A model generated the notes under the pieces. The model saw only the letters and a program-made list of their open reading frames with translations. It searched no databases and was not told the origin of the DNA. From an uncultured delta proteobacterium (GTDB taxonomy: Bacteria; Desulfobacterota; Binatia; UBA9968): a stretch of DNA of 64,000 nt. Made by a program: the position numbers and the translations under genes. Below are positions 42,619-51,024 of the stretch, one piece after another. The DNA is taken from the NCBI GenBank assembly GCA_963727625.1, contig CAVSHR010000009.1:64001-128000 (forward strand), written 5' to 3'. Each line of letters starts with the position of its first letter. The stretch's first letter is position 1.

Positions 42619-45600
42619 CTAGATTTCTGGATCTCTGGAAACAAACCGACCGTATCTGAGCGCTAAGGTCGGGAGCACCAACAGATTCAGAGCCGTCGAA
42701 GTCACCAATCCGCCAAGAATCACTATCGCCATCGGGCCTTCGATCTCACGGCCAGGGGCGCCGCTGCCGATAGCCAACGGAAGCAAACCCAGGCCGGTAA
42801 CAAGCGCGGTCATGAGAATCGGGGCGAGCCGTTCAGAGGCACCGCGTATGGCTGCATCTATTCCCCAAAGCATTTCCTCGGAGGTGATCAAATGTTCATA
42901 GTGGGAGAGTAGCATGATGGAATTGCGCAGGGTGATACCGAACAGAGTGACGAAGCCGACCATTGATCCGAGCGAGAGTATTCCACCGGAGGCAAATACG
43001 GCCAGCACGCCGCCCAGCAGGGCAAAAGGCAAGTTGATGAGGACCAGGAAGAGATTACGTATATTGCCCACGACAATCGACAACAGCAAAACAATCCCAA
43101 GTCCCGCCAGCAGCGAGTGAACCAACAAATCTCGTCTGGATTGCGCTTGAGCTTCACTTGTACCGGTGAAATCAAGATAAACACCGGGAGGCAAAGAGAC
43201 GGCGGAAAGGATCTGCCGTTTTGCCTGAGCGACAAAGGAACTCACGCTGCGGCCCGCCACATTGCAAGTCACGGTTTGTACTCTTCTGGCCCCCTCGTGT
43301 AGAAGCGCATACCGGCCTGACATTTCATACACGTCGGCCAGCTGTTGCAGGCGCACGTATGTTCCATCGGGGTTGCGAAGCGGCAAAGCCGCCACATCAG
43401 CTATGCTTTTGCGCATCTGTGGATCAAGGATCACCGTTACGTCGGAAACTCGATTCCCTTCGTAGGTTTGACCTACCACATCTCCCTCATAGGCCGCGCG
43501 CACCACTTCGAGGGCATCAACCGGGTCAATACCCCAGCGAGCCAGATCCGCCTTGCGAAGCCGAATTACGAGTTGTGGCGCTCCAGGCGGAGATTGGATC
43601 TGGATGTCGGCGGCCCCTGGTATTTGAGCCAGTAACTTCGCAACGGTCTGAGCCGTGTTGTCTAAAATATCGAGATCATCGCCGAAGATATTAATGACGA
43701 CCGCAGACGTATAACCGGAGAGCGTTTCCTCAACCCGCTCGGTCAAGAAGGTGTTTACGGCAAAGGCCACGCCGACGAACCGCATGAGTATTTTACGGAT
43801 CTCCGACTGCGCCAGCTCGGACTCCCTTTCTCCTCTTAGCGGTTTGAGATCAACCTCAAACTCGCTGTCCTGAGTCCCCAGGATGTCATCGCCTTTTTCC
43901 GCCCTCCCCACGCGCTGGGCAACGGAGCGAACGTAAGGGAGTTTGAGCATTTCACTCGTGAGACGCCGTCCAAGCCGCAGCGATTCCTCCAGCGAGGTGC
44001 CGGGAGCCGCCGACATATGAATAACGAAGTGCCCTTCGTTGAGCTCCGGCAAGAATTCCCCACCGAAGAAGGGAAGCGTTGCCAGTCCTAGGACCGTCAA
44101 AAGCGCTATAATGCCTATTACAAATCGCGACCGACGTTCTATCCGAAGAAGCAGAGCGGAATAGCGCGCTTTCAGCCACCGGACAAGCGGAGGCGCGTCT
44201 TCTTGCATGTTTCGACGACCTAGGACAACAAAGCACAGGGCAGGGGTGACGGTGAGAGCGACGAGCAGAGATGCCAAAATGGCAAAAATGTAGGCAAGGC
44301 CCAATGGGGCAAACAGCCGGCCGGCGAGACCCGACAGGGTTAGGATCGGGATGAAAACCAACACCACCGCAAACGTGGCGTAGACTACTGCGCTGCGCAC
44401 CTCGACCGAAGCGTCAAGAACCACGCGAAAAACCGGTCGCGGAGTCTCCATCTGACGATTCTCACGTAGACGCCTCAGAATATTTTCTACGTCGATGACC
44501 GCATCATCGACCACTTCGCCAATTGCGATGGCCAGCCCGCCGAGAGTCATCGTGTTGAGACTGACACCTAACTGTTGCAGGATCTCTACCGAAGCGAGCA
44601 ATGACAAGGGAATGGCCGTGCAAGAGATGGCCGCCGTGCGGAAGTTGAACAAAAACAGAAACAGGACAATCACGACCAGCAGAGCTCCGATAAGCAAGGA
44701 CGACCGTATATTACTGATGGCAGTGTCGATAAAATTAGCGGGCCGGAACAGGCCCGGATATAACGCAACGTCCTGAGCGATCAGCCCGGCGCGAAGTTCC
44801 TCTAGAGCTTGTTCAACGCGCTCCGATACTTGAAGAGTGTTTGAACCGTACTGCGCTGAAATCATCAGAATGACGCCGGGGCGACCCATAATGGCGGCGG
44901 CGCCGATCGGCGGCGCCGGAGCTTCGACGACCCGGGCGACATCACCCAATGTGATAGCAGCACCGTCGTGATACCCGAGAACCGTGCTTGCGAGCTGATT
45001 TGAGGTGAGCGATTGTCCTTCGCTCCGCAGGACGATGCGCTGGTTCTCGGTATCGATGACGCCTGCCCCCCGAATCCCGGTGGCCTTGCGCGCCGCGCGT
45101 AAGACATCCTCGATCGCGAGGTTGTACTGAATCAGCCGATCCGGTTGCATTTGGATCTGTAGCTGTTTCACGTCGCTGCCGAATACGGCCACTTTAGCGA
45201 CCCCCGGAACGGCTAGAAGGCGCTGCTTCACCGTCCAGTCGGCGAGGCTCCTGAGCTCCATAAGCGAACGTGTTTCGGAGGTCAGGCCTACCGCCAAGAC
45301 CACGCTAGTGGACGACGTTAAGGGCGTCATGACCGGCGCGTCTATCCCTCCCGGTAATTGCCCCGAAACAGAAGCCAAGCGCTCTGCCACCATCTGGCGG
45401 TCAAGATAAATGTCGCTATTCGGACGAAAGGTGACCGTTACGACAGACAGCCCCTGAATCGAGCCGGATCGTAGCGATTCGACCCCCACCACGCCATTGA
45501 CGGCGTTTTCGATCGGTCGAGTAATCAGCACCTCGACCTGCTCGGGTGACAGACCCGGAGCCTCGGTTTGAATCACCGCCTGAGGCGGAGCAAACTCGGG

Positions 45601-45717
45601 GAAGACATCGTAGGTAGCCCGCGAAAGTGTATATAGACCATAGCCCAACCATGCGCATGCCAAGGCCATAACGACACCACGGAAGCGAAGCGAGAAGCGC
45701 ACGATTGCGGCGAGCAC
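42619..45717 (-). CDS. RND efflux permease, CusA/CzcA (heavy-metal) family
   Basis: DVFPEF, GEVVDDAVIDVEN, ERLAPILMT; 1032 aa. Confidence 0.93.
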   Translation of the reverse strand: MLAAIVRFSLRFRGVVMALACAWLGYGLYTLSRATYDVFPEFAPPQAVIQTEAPGLSPEQVEVLITRPIENAVNGVVGVESLRSGSIQGLSVVTVTFRPNSDIYLDRQMVAERLASVSGQLPGGIDAPVMTPLTSSTSVVLAVGLTSETRSLMELRSLADWTVKQRLLAVPGVAKVAVFGSDVKQLQIQMQPDRLIQYNLAIEDVLRAARKATGIRGAGVIDTENQRIVLRSEGQSLTSNQLASTVLGYHDGAAITLGDVARVVEAPAPPIGAAAIMGRPGVILMISAQYGSNTLQVSERVEQALEELRAGLIAQDVALYPGLFRPANFIDTAISNIRSSLLIGALLVVIVLFLFLFNFRTAAISCTAIPLSLLASVEILQQLGVSLNTMTLGGLAIAIGEVVDDAVIDVENILRRLRENRQMETPRPVFRVVLDASVEVRSAVVYATFAVVLVFIPILTLSGLAGRLFAPLGLAYIFAILASLLVALTVTPALCFVVLGRRNMQEDAPPLVRWLKARYSALLLRIERRSRFVIGIIALLTVLGLATLPFFGGEFLPELNEGHFVIHMSAAPGTSLEESLRLGRRLTSEMLKLPYVRSVAQRVGRAEKGDDILGTQDSEFEVDLKPLRGERESELAQSEIRKILMRFVGVAFAVNTFLTERVEETLSGYTSAVVINIFGDDLDILDNTAQTVAKLLAQIPGAADIQIQSPPGAPQLVIRLRKADLARWGIDPVDALEVVRAAYEGDVVGQTYEGNRVSDVTVILDPQMRKSIADVAALPLRNPDGTYVRLQQLADVYEMSGRYALLHEGARRVQTVTCNVAGRSVSSFVAQAKRQILSAVSLPPGVYLDFTGTSEAQAQSRRDLLVHSLLAGLGIVLLLSIVVGNIRNLFLVLINLPFALLGGVLAVFASGGILSLGSMVGFVTLFGITLRNSIMLLSHYEHLITSEEMLWGIDAAIRGASERLAPILMTALVTGLGLLPLAIGSGAPGREIEGPMAIVILGGLVTSTALNLLVLPTLALRYGRFVSRDPEI

Positions 45718-45732
45718 AGCGATTCTTTCCTC

Positions 45733-46779
45733 TCACTCGCCGACATGAATCTGCGATCGCAGTTCTTCCGAGAGAAGTAACTGCGCGCCGGTAGTCACGA
45801 TTTGATCATTAGGGGAGAGATCCGGTTTAACAACCCACCCCTGTTTAACCACAGCCTCGGTTGAAATCTCGCGCCGAACGAATCGGTCGGAGTCTTTCTT
45901 CACATAAACCCACCTCTTTCCCTGCCACCGGACAACGGCTGCGCGAGGCACGATGATGCCGGTCGTCGTCGAGCCGCTCGGCAAATAAGCAAGCACGTTC
46001 ATTCCGGGAAAAAGGCCTGTTGCCCGAGCTGGGGCAATATAGAAAAGGCTCATTCCTTGAATGCGTGGGTCCGTGCTCGGTGCGGGTGAGACTAAGCTAG
46101 CCGATGTAAGGTTTCCCTCTGGGCTCTGGACCCGCACGTTCCGCGGCGTGGAAGAGAGGGCTGAGCCCGGCGGAAGCGTAATCCGCAGTAAGACATCTTG
46201 TCTTTGCATCAAACGTTCAAATTCCTTGGAGTCGTTCAAAAGCCACTGTGCTAGGACGCTGCCCCATCGTTGTCGCACAGTGCTCTCTACGGCATTAAGG
46301 GCAATATCTGCAGCACGCGCGCTTGCGTCATCCGACCGCCAAGCGGCTTCCGCGGACTGGAAAACCTTGACGGAAATATTCCGGTTTTCCTGCAGGGCTT
46401 TTACGCGTTCATATTCTTTGCGCGAAGCCTCAAGCCTTGCTCGTGCCTTTTCCACCTCCGCATGGGCCGCGGCAACGCTGTTGCGAAGATCAACGAGGGG
46501 CTGAAGCTCTATGACCGTTCCGTAGCCTCTGAGCTCTTCCTGATAAGAGACGGCTTTGACTGGAGCGACCTCGATTCCACTCATTTTCTGGGTGGCTCGA
46601 TCTACATTGATGATGCTTTCACCCTTTTCTGTAGATACTCGCGGCGGCGCCTTGACGGGGCGCTCCCGCTCCCGTTCCATAGCCGCCTCTTTACGACTTT
46701 CGACAAAAGCCCAGATCAGAAGCGATCCAATGCCGAGAACAACGATGATCGCCAAAATTATTTTTAGCCTAGGCCTCAT
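45733..46779 (-). CDS. RND periplasmic adaptor (membrane fusion protein)
   Basis: N-terminal TM, coiled coil, VPRAAVV, VTTGAQLLLSEE. Confidence 0.88.
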   Translation of the reverse strand: MRPRLKIILAIIVVLGIGSLLIWAFVESRKEAAMERERERPVKAPPRVSTEKGESIINVDRATQKMSGIEVAPVKAVSYQEELRGYGTVIELQPLVDLRNSVAAAHAEVEKARARLEASRKEYERVKALQENRNISVKVFQSAEAAWRSDDASARAADIALNAVESTVRQRWGSVLAQWLLNDSKEFERLMQRQDVLLRITLPPGSALSSTPRNVRVQSPEGNLTSASLVSPAPSTDPRIQGMSLFYIAPARATGLFPGMNVLAYLPSGSTTTGIIVPRAAVVRWQGKRWVYVKKDSDRFVRREISTEAVVKQGWVVKPDLSPNDQIVTTGAQLLLSEELRSQIHVGE

Positions 46780-48200
46780 TGGTCTTTCCCCTCGCTCGGT
46801 CGAGGATCTTTCTCAATGATATTTGTGACCGCTTGCGTCGGGTTGAGCGGTTGATGCACCGCATCCTCAAGCGAGCCGATGGTCCGCTGAACTATGGTGA
46901 GGGTGTTGAAGCGGGAAAGTTCGGCGGCGGCGACCTCCAGATCAGCGCTGCGCAGGACCAGCCGATCCACTTGCCCGACGTCGAACTGCGCCTGTACGGA
47001 GTGCTGCTGATTTTTACGGGCGTCCACGAGTCGATCGGCCGTTTCCAGAGCTTGCCGTGCCGCGCGGTATCCGGCCAAAGCCCGGTCGATCGCGCCCATC
47101 ACTTGAGCTTGCAAGGCGATAAAGCGGGCTGCTGCTTCGTGGCGGCGCGCTTCCGCCTCCGCAATGGGTCCTTGATTTTGATTGAAGACCGGCAGCGTCA
47201 ACGATACGCCCAGTGACCATTTATTGTCACCTTGATCCCACGAATAACCCGGACCGAGATGAATGTCGGGATATTGTCTGGCTGTCTCCAGCTGTAAAGC
47301 CGATTGCCTGGCAGCGTAATCCGAAAGTGCGCTCAAAATATCAGGTCGGTTAAGTAACGCTCGACGTTGTACTCTTTCGGAAGGAAGGTCCACCGATGTC
47401 CGAGCAAAAAAGCCAAAAGAGAGATCGATTCCGTCAAGCGCGGCCACTGATAATCCGAGTGCATCGGCGAGCCGTACCCGCGCCTCGGCGCTTTGTTTTT
47501 GCGCATCGCGCAGAGAAAGCTGAGTGCGAGCAAGAGCGATACGCTCCTGGGTAAGATCAGGCTGGGATGCTTCGCCAAGCTCAAGCCGCTGTTCGAGAAG
47601 TTTAACAACCTCCTGTTGAACCGTTTCCTGTTTCAATAAAAAGGTTTCAGTCTGACGCGACGCGTAAAGCTCGACTAGGCGCGCTCGCAAACGGCTTCGC
47701 ACTTGCCACGCCACAGTGGAGATATTTAGACGGGCCGCTTCGAAAAGGTGCTTCGCTTGATCGATGCGATATCCTCGCTTACCAGCGGTTTCTATCGGGA
47801 TGTCGAGGGTCGGGGTCACGATCCAAGGCGAAATCCCACCTGTGGCGCTAAAGTTGTATTCGGGGAGGAAGCTAACATTCGGATTGGGATGTTCACCAGC
47901 GGTGATCACGATGGCCTCGGCAATGCCCCACTTGGCACGCACAACGTCCAGGTCCGGATGGTAATAAAATGCCGCGAGCCTGAGCATCTGAAAATCCCAG
48001 ATCTTAGGCGGCCAAGACGCTAATTCATGGCCAAGGTTGGTCCTGAGAAATTCTTTTAAACCCGCGGTATCGAGCGTGCGGGCTTTAAACTCTGCGGCTG
48101 TCTGAGTCGGAGCAAGTGGCCTCGGCCGGAATGTCGCACACCCGTCAAGGAGGGCGGCGATGGTTATAAACGCCAGAGTGCGACTAATCCGCTTCTCCAT
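46776..48200 (-). CDS. TolC-family outer membrane lipoprotein
   Basis: Lipobox LDGC, HPDL/RPDI repeats, first gene of the RND operon. Confidence 0.9.
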   Translation of the reverse strand: MEKRISRTLAFITIAALLDGCATFRPRPLAPTQTAAEFKARTLDTAGLKEFLRTNLGHELASWPPKIWDFQMLRLAAFYYHPDLDVVRAKWGIAEAIVITAGEHPNPNVSFLPEYNFSATGGISPWIVTPTLDIPIETAGKRGYRIDQAKHLFEAARLNISTVAWQVRSRLRARLVELYASRQTETFLLKQETVQQEVVKLLEQRLELGEASQPDLTQERIALARTQLSLRDAQKQSAEARVRLADALGLSVAALDGIDLSFGFFARTSVDLPSERVQRRALLNRPDILSALSDYAARQSALQLETARQYPDIHLGPGYSWDQGDNKWSLGVSLTLPVFNQNQGPIAEAEARRHEAAARFIALQAQVMGAIDRALAGYRAARQALETADRLVDARKNQQHSVQAQFDVGQVDRLVLRSADLEVAAAELSRFNTLTIVQRTIGSLEDAVHQPLNPTQAVTNIIEKDPRPSEGKDQ

Positions 48201-48498
48201 GAATATAAAACCTCCTCCAATATCCCCAACACTGAGCTAGGGACTCAGCTGTGCATTGCCACTGGTTGAGGGTCTCGCTGTGCATTAGAATTCCTTCGGG
48301 TTTTTAAACAAACTGATTGCTGTCCAAGCGAATTTTGGTGAGCAATAAGAATAGCCAAGGCTGAAAAATAGTCTAATCCCTGGAAACATCAATTCAATCG
48401 CAATATTAACGACTCATCTCGCCATTGCATCGCTTCGGCCCAGACATTTGCCGGAACGTCCCGTTAGGCGATAGTTTTTACTTTTCTGAGTACGTGCC

Positions 48499-48530
48499 TT
48501 GACTCTGTACCTAGGTACGGAGTGTACATT
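48499..48530 (+). promoter_or_regulatory. MerR-type promoter/operator
   Basis: TTGACT-N20-TACATT with the near-perfect dyad ACTCTGTACCT|AGGTACGGAGT (48502-23) in the long spacer, like the GTAC-N4-GTAC mer operator. Confidence 0.88.
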
Positions 48531-48550
48531 ACCTTTTAGAGGGCAATGAA

Positions 48551-49027
48551 ATGCATGGCTTGACCATAGGGCAGCTCGCCAAAGAGAGCAACGTGCACGT
48601 TGAAACGATCCGTTATTACGAGCGCCGAGGATTAATTTCCAAGCCGCCGCGATCGGTCTCAAATTACAGGATGTATTCCTCCGAGAATCTACGCCGCTTA
48701 AAATTTATCAAGCATGCACAGGGACTCGGCTTCTCCCTAAAAGAAATTAAGGAGATTCTGTCTTTGCGTGCAATCCCGCGCGCTAGGTGTGCCGATGTTC
48801 AAAAATACACGACTCGCAAAATCGAAGAACTTCAAGAGAGAATTCATTCGCTAACACGCATGCGCAGAAGCCTAGAAAAGCTCCTGCGTGAGTGCTCCGG
48901 AGACCTGCCGGCGACAGAGTGTCCGATACTTGAGTCGATGGAATCTGAAAACCGAAAAAACCGATCAATTAAATTCAAACGAAAAGGAGCGGTTTATGAG
49001 CAAAAAAAGGGAAATCGAAATTTATAG
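48551..49027 (+). CDS. merR: MerR-family metal-responsive regulator with three conserved Cys
   Basis: VETIRYYERRGL HTH; RCADV, ECSG, ECPIL; the C-terminal extension may reflect an indel in the A-run near 48955. Confidence 0.88.
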   Translation: MHGLTIGQLAKESNVHVETIRYYERRGLISKPPRSVSNYRMYSSENLRRLKFIKHAQGLGFSLKEIKEILSLRAIPRARCADVQKYTTRKIEELQERIHSLTRMRRSLEKLLRECSGDLPATECPILESMESENRKNRSIKFKRKGAVYEQKKGNRNL

Positions 49028-49265
49028 TGCGGGCTGCCCGGCATGTGAGGACGCGATCAAACTGGTAAACGGCATCGCCTGTGACTCTTGCGAGGTCACG
49101 GTACTCGATATGCAGGATCGGGCGGTAGCCCAGAGAGCGAAGACTCTTGGGATCCAAAGCATACCGGCAGTCGTGATCGATGGAAAGCTCGCCGCCTGCT
49201 GCAAAGGACGCGGTATCAGTGAATCCGCGCTGCGCAGCGAGGGGATCGGTCAACCGTTGCCTTAG
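48996..49265 (+). CDS. Small thioredoxin/glutaredoxin-like protein (CPAC plus CC)
   Basis: AAGGAG RBS; EIYSAGCPAC, IPAVVIDGKLAACC. Confidence 0.85.
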   Translation: MSKKREIEIYSAGCPACEDAIKLVNGIACDSCEVTVLDMQDRAVAQRAKTLGIQSIPAVVIDGKLAACCKGRGISESALRSEGIGQPLP

Positions 49266-49278
49266 CATCTAGAAATTT

Positions 49279-49623
49279 ATGCAATTTGAAACCGTTAAGG
49301 CCGGTGTTATAGGCATGTCGGCCGCCATCGTGGCGTCTCTTTGTTGTCTATTGCCTTTGATTGTTGTGCTCCTGGGTTTTGGAAGCGGCGCTTTCATGAT
49401 GGTGACCATGCAATACCGCGCGTTATTCCTGCCCATGGGCGTGCTCGGCGTGTCGTTGGGTTATTATTTGTATTTTCAGAAAAGACGCCGATGTGCCAGC
49501 GCCGGCTGCACCTTCGTGGGCGGGACATTCAATTTGGTTCTTCTTTCCTTGGCCACAGTCATGGTCGCGCTGGCGCTTGGATTAGATTTTTTTCGCAATT
49601 ATCGTCTGAGATGTTGCAGATGA
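49279..49623 (+). CDS. merT: MerT-like membrane metal transporter
   Basis: ASLCCLLP in TM1, three TMs, CASAGC in the cytoplasmic loop; 3' end possibly shifted at a T7 run. Confidence 0.78.
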   Translation: MQFETVKAGVIGMSAAIVASLCCLLPLIVVLLGFGSGAFMMVTMQYRALFLPMGVLGVSLGYYLYFQKRRRCASAGCTFVGGTFNLVLLSLATVMVALALGLDFFRNYRLRCCR

Positions 49624-49648
49624 TCATGTAGGCCGGGAGGTCCTCGTT

Positions 49649-49972
49649 ATGAAAGAAAAGCGTATCCTGATCCGTCTTTTTCTTGTTCTTCTCCCTCTTT
49701 GTTGGCTAACCGTCTTTTCGCTGTACACTGAGCCGCTGCATGGGGCTGAACTTAATCAAGTCAACCTACAAATCGAAGGAATGACCTGAGGGGCATGTCC
49801 CGTCACCGTGCGGGCAGCCCTGGAAGGGCTAAAGGGAGTGAAAAAGGCACAAGTGAGTTTCGCCGAAAAAACCGCCACTGTTACCTATGATCCTCAGGCG
49901 ATTGATATCCCGGCAATGGTTCAGGCCGTGAAGAGGGCCGGATTTTTCGCGCGCACGAGCGCGACGAAATGA
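49649..49972 (+). CDS. merP: MerP/HMA-domain exported metal-binding protein with in-frame TGA (candidate selenocysteine, GMT-U-GACP), 107 aa
   Basis: GGGAGG RBS, signal-peptide-like N-terminus, QVNLQIEGMT*GACPVTVRAALEGLKGVKKAQVSFAEKTATVTYDP...VKRAGF; TGA at 49787-89 is codon 47; hairpins follow. Confidence 0.85.
49790..49830 (+). promoter_or_regulatory. Candidate bacterial SECIS element
   Basis: Two alternative folds right after the TGA: GGGC..CCCG/CGGG..GCCC (49791-820) and AGCCCT-GGA-AGGGCT (49816-30). Confidence 0.55.
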
Positions 49973-50002
49973 CTCCTGAAAACGGATCCAGAGGAGGGAT
50001 AT

Positions 50003-50338
50003 ATGAATGACGATCACGGGTCCCGGCAAGGGAACAAGTGTTTTAAGACAGGCGTGTTCGGGACAATTATCGCAGCCATTTGTTGCGCCACCCCTGTCCT
50101 GGCGGTTGCGTTGGCTTCTATAGGCTTGGCGGTCATAGTGCCGAAACTTGATTACGTTCTCCTTCCTGCGCTGCTGATTTTCCTGCTTCTGGCTCTTTAC
50201 GGATTGCGAAAGGGAAGACATGACGGAGACCACCCGAAATGGAGATTGAATCCCCGAACTGTTGTTCAACAGCCGGTCCCGAAACGGTCGAGGACCATTG
50301 CCCGCGTTGTGCCGGCAAAGGAAAGACCGTTTCGCTGA
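50003..50338 (+). CDS. merF: MerF-like mercury transporter
   Basis: GTIIAAICCATPVL...LDYVLLPAL; the true stop may be near 50223 if there is an indel. Confidence 0.82.
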   Translation: MNDDHGSRQGNKCFKTGVFGTIIAAICCATPVLAVALASIGLAVIVPKLDYVLLPALLIFLLLALYGLRKGRHDGDHPKWRLNPRTVVQQPVPKRSRTIARVVPAKERPFR

Positions 50339-50703
50339 TAACTGTTGGGTCAATGGCGAAAACTTCGGTAGAGGCCTGCAAACTCGCCCGGTCATCATAC
50401 CAGCTCTGCCACAATCCCGATTGCTCGGTCGTGTATTTTGCCCCTGGAATTACAATACAAAAAACAGAGCTTCGGGTTCCCGTCAACTTCAAGGAAAAAA
50501 ACTACGACGGCCCTGTCTGTTATTGTTTCAATCACACCGTGGCGAGCATCAGAGCGGAAATTCAATCCACCGGTCGTTCCACAGTCCAAACGGCGATCAC
50601 CAAGGAAATACAAGCGGGGCGTTGCGCCTGCGAGGTCAAGAACCCGGCTGGCTCATGTTGCTTGGGGGATATCACACGGGCTGTGCGAGCTGTGGTTGTT
50701 TAG
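50239..50703 (+). CDS. Cys-rich CopZ-N-terminal-like (Zn/2Fe-2S) metallochaperone
   Basis: CPRC, CHNPDCSVVYF, CYCF, CACEVKNPAGSCCLG. Confidence 0.82.
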   Translation: MEIESPNCCSTAGPETVEDHCPRCAGKGKTVSLITVGSMAKTSVEACKLARSSYQLCHNPDCSVVYFAPGITIQKTELRVPVNFKEKNYDGPVCYCFNHTVASIRAEIQSTGRSTVQTAITKEIQAGRCACEVKNPAGSCCLGDITRAVRAVVV

Positions 50704-50862
50704 TATGCGGAGACTCGTCTGGGGTACGCGTTGAACGACGGTGATAGTCGTCTTCAACCTGTTGATAGGTTAGAAACAATGCTATCCGATTGGAGTGTTT
50801 GACTCTCACATTTTCACAATTAAGAAAAAATTATCCAAGAATTCTAAATATTTAGTATTACG

Positions 50863-50926
50863 CGCGCCGGACTCAAAATCCGGTAGGGGAAATCCTGTGC
50901 GGGTTCAAGTCCCGCCTCCGGCACCA
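50863..50926 (+). repeat. attR-like 64-bp duplication of the tRNA-Leu 3' part
   Basis: 63/64 identical to 37407-37470 (AACCCT vs AATCCT). Confidence 0.95.
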
Positions 50927-51024
50927 ATCTTCGCTCTATCCGCTGCAAATCCGCCCGTCCACCCGGGACCTATTCAAAAAGTGCCGTTCGCTGCTATATT
51001 GAGATCCAATCCAGGAGGACGACG

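Larger units (their letters stand above)
37471..50926. mobile_element. tRNA-Leu-integrated composite genomic island (~13.4 kb) with no intact integrase
   Basis: Bounded by a 64-bp direct repeat of the tRNA 3' part; holds IS fragments, an integrase remnant, AT-rich genes and metal-resistance cargo. Confidence 0.88.

Noticed and set aside
49621-49623. TGA ending merT as a second Sec codon
   Set aside because: It is not at a conserved Cys position, and the merT 3' end is better explained by a homopolymer indel.
49829-50398. 189-aa minus-strand ORF over merP/merF
   Set aside because: The plus strand carries recognisable HMA and MerF coding.
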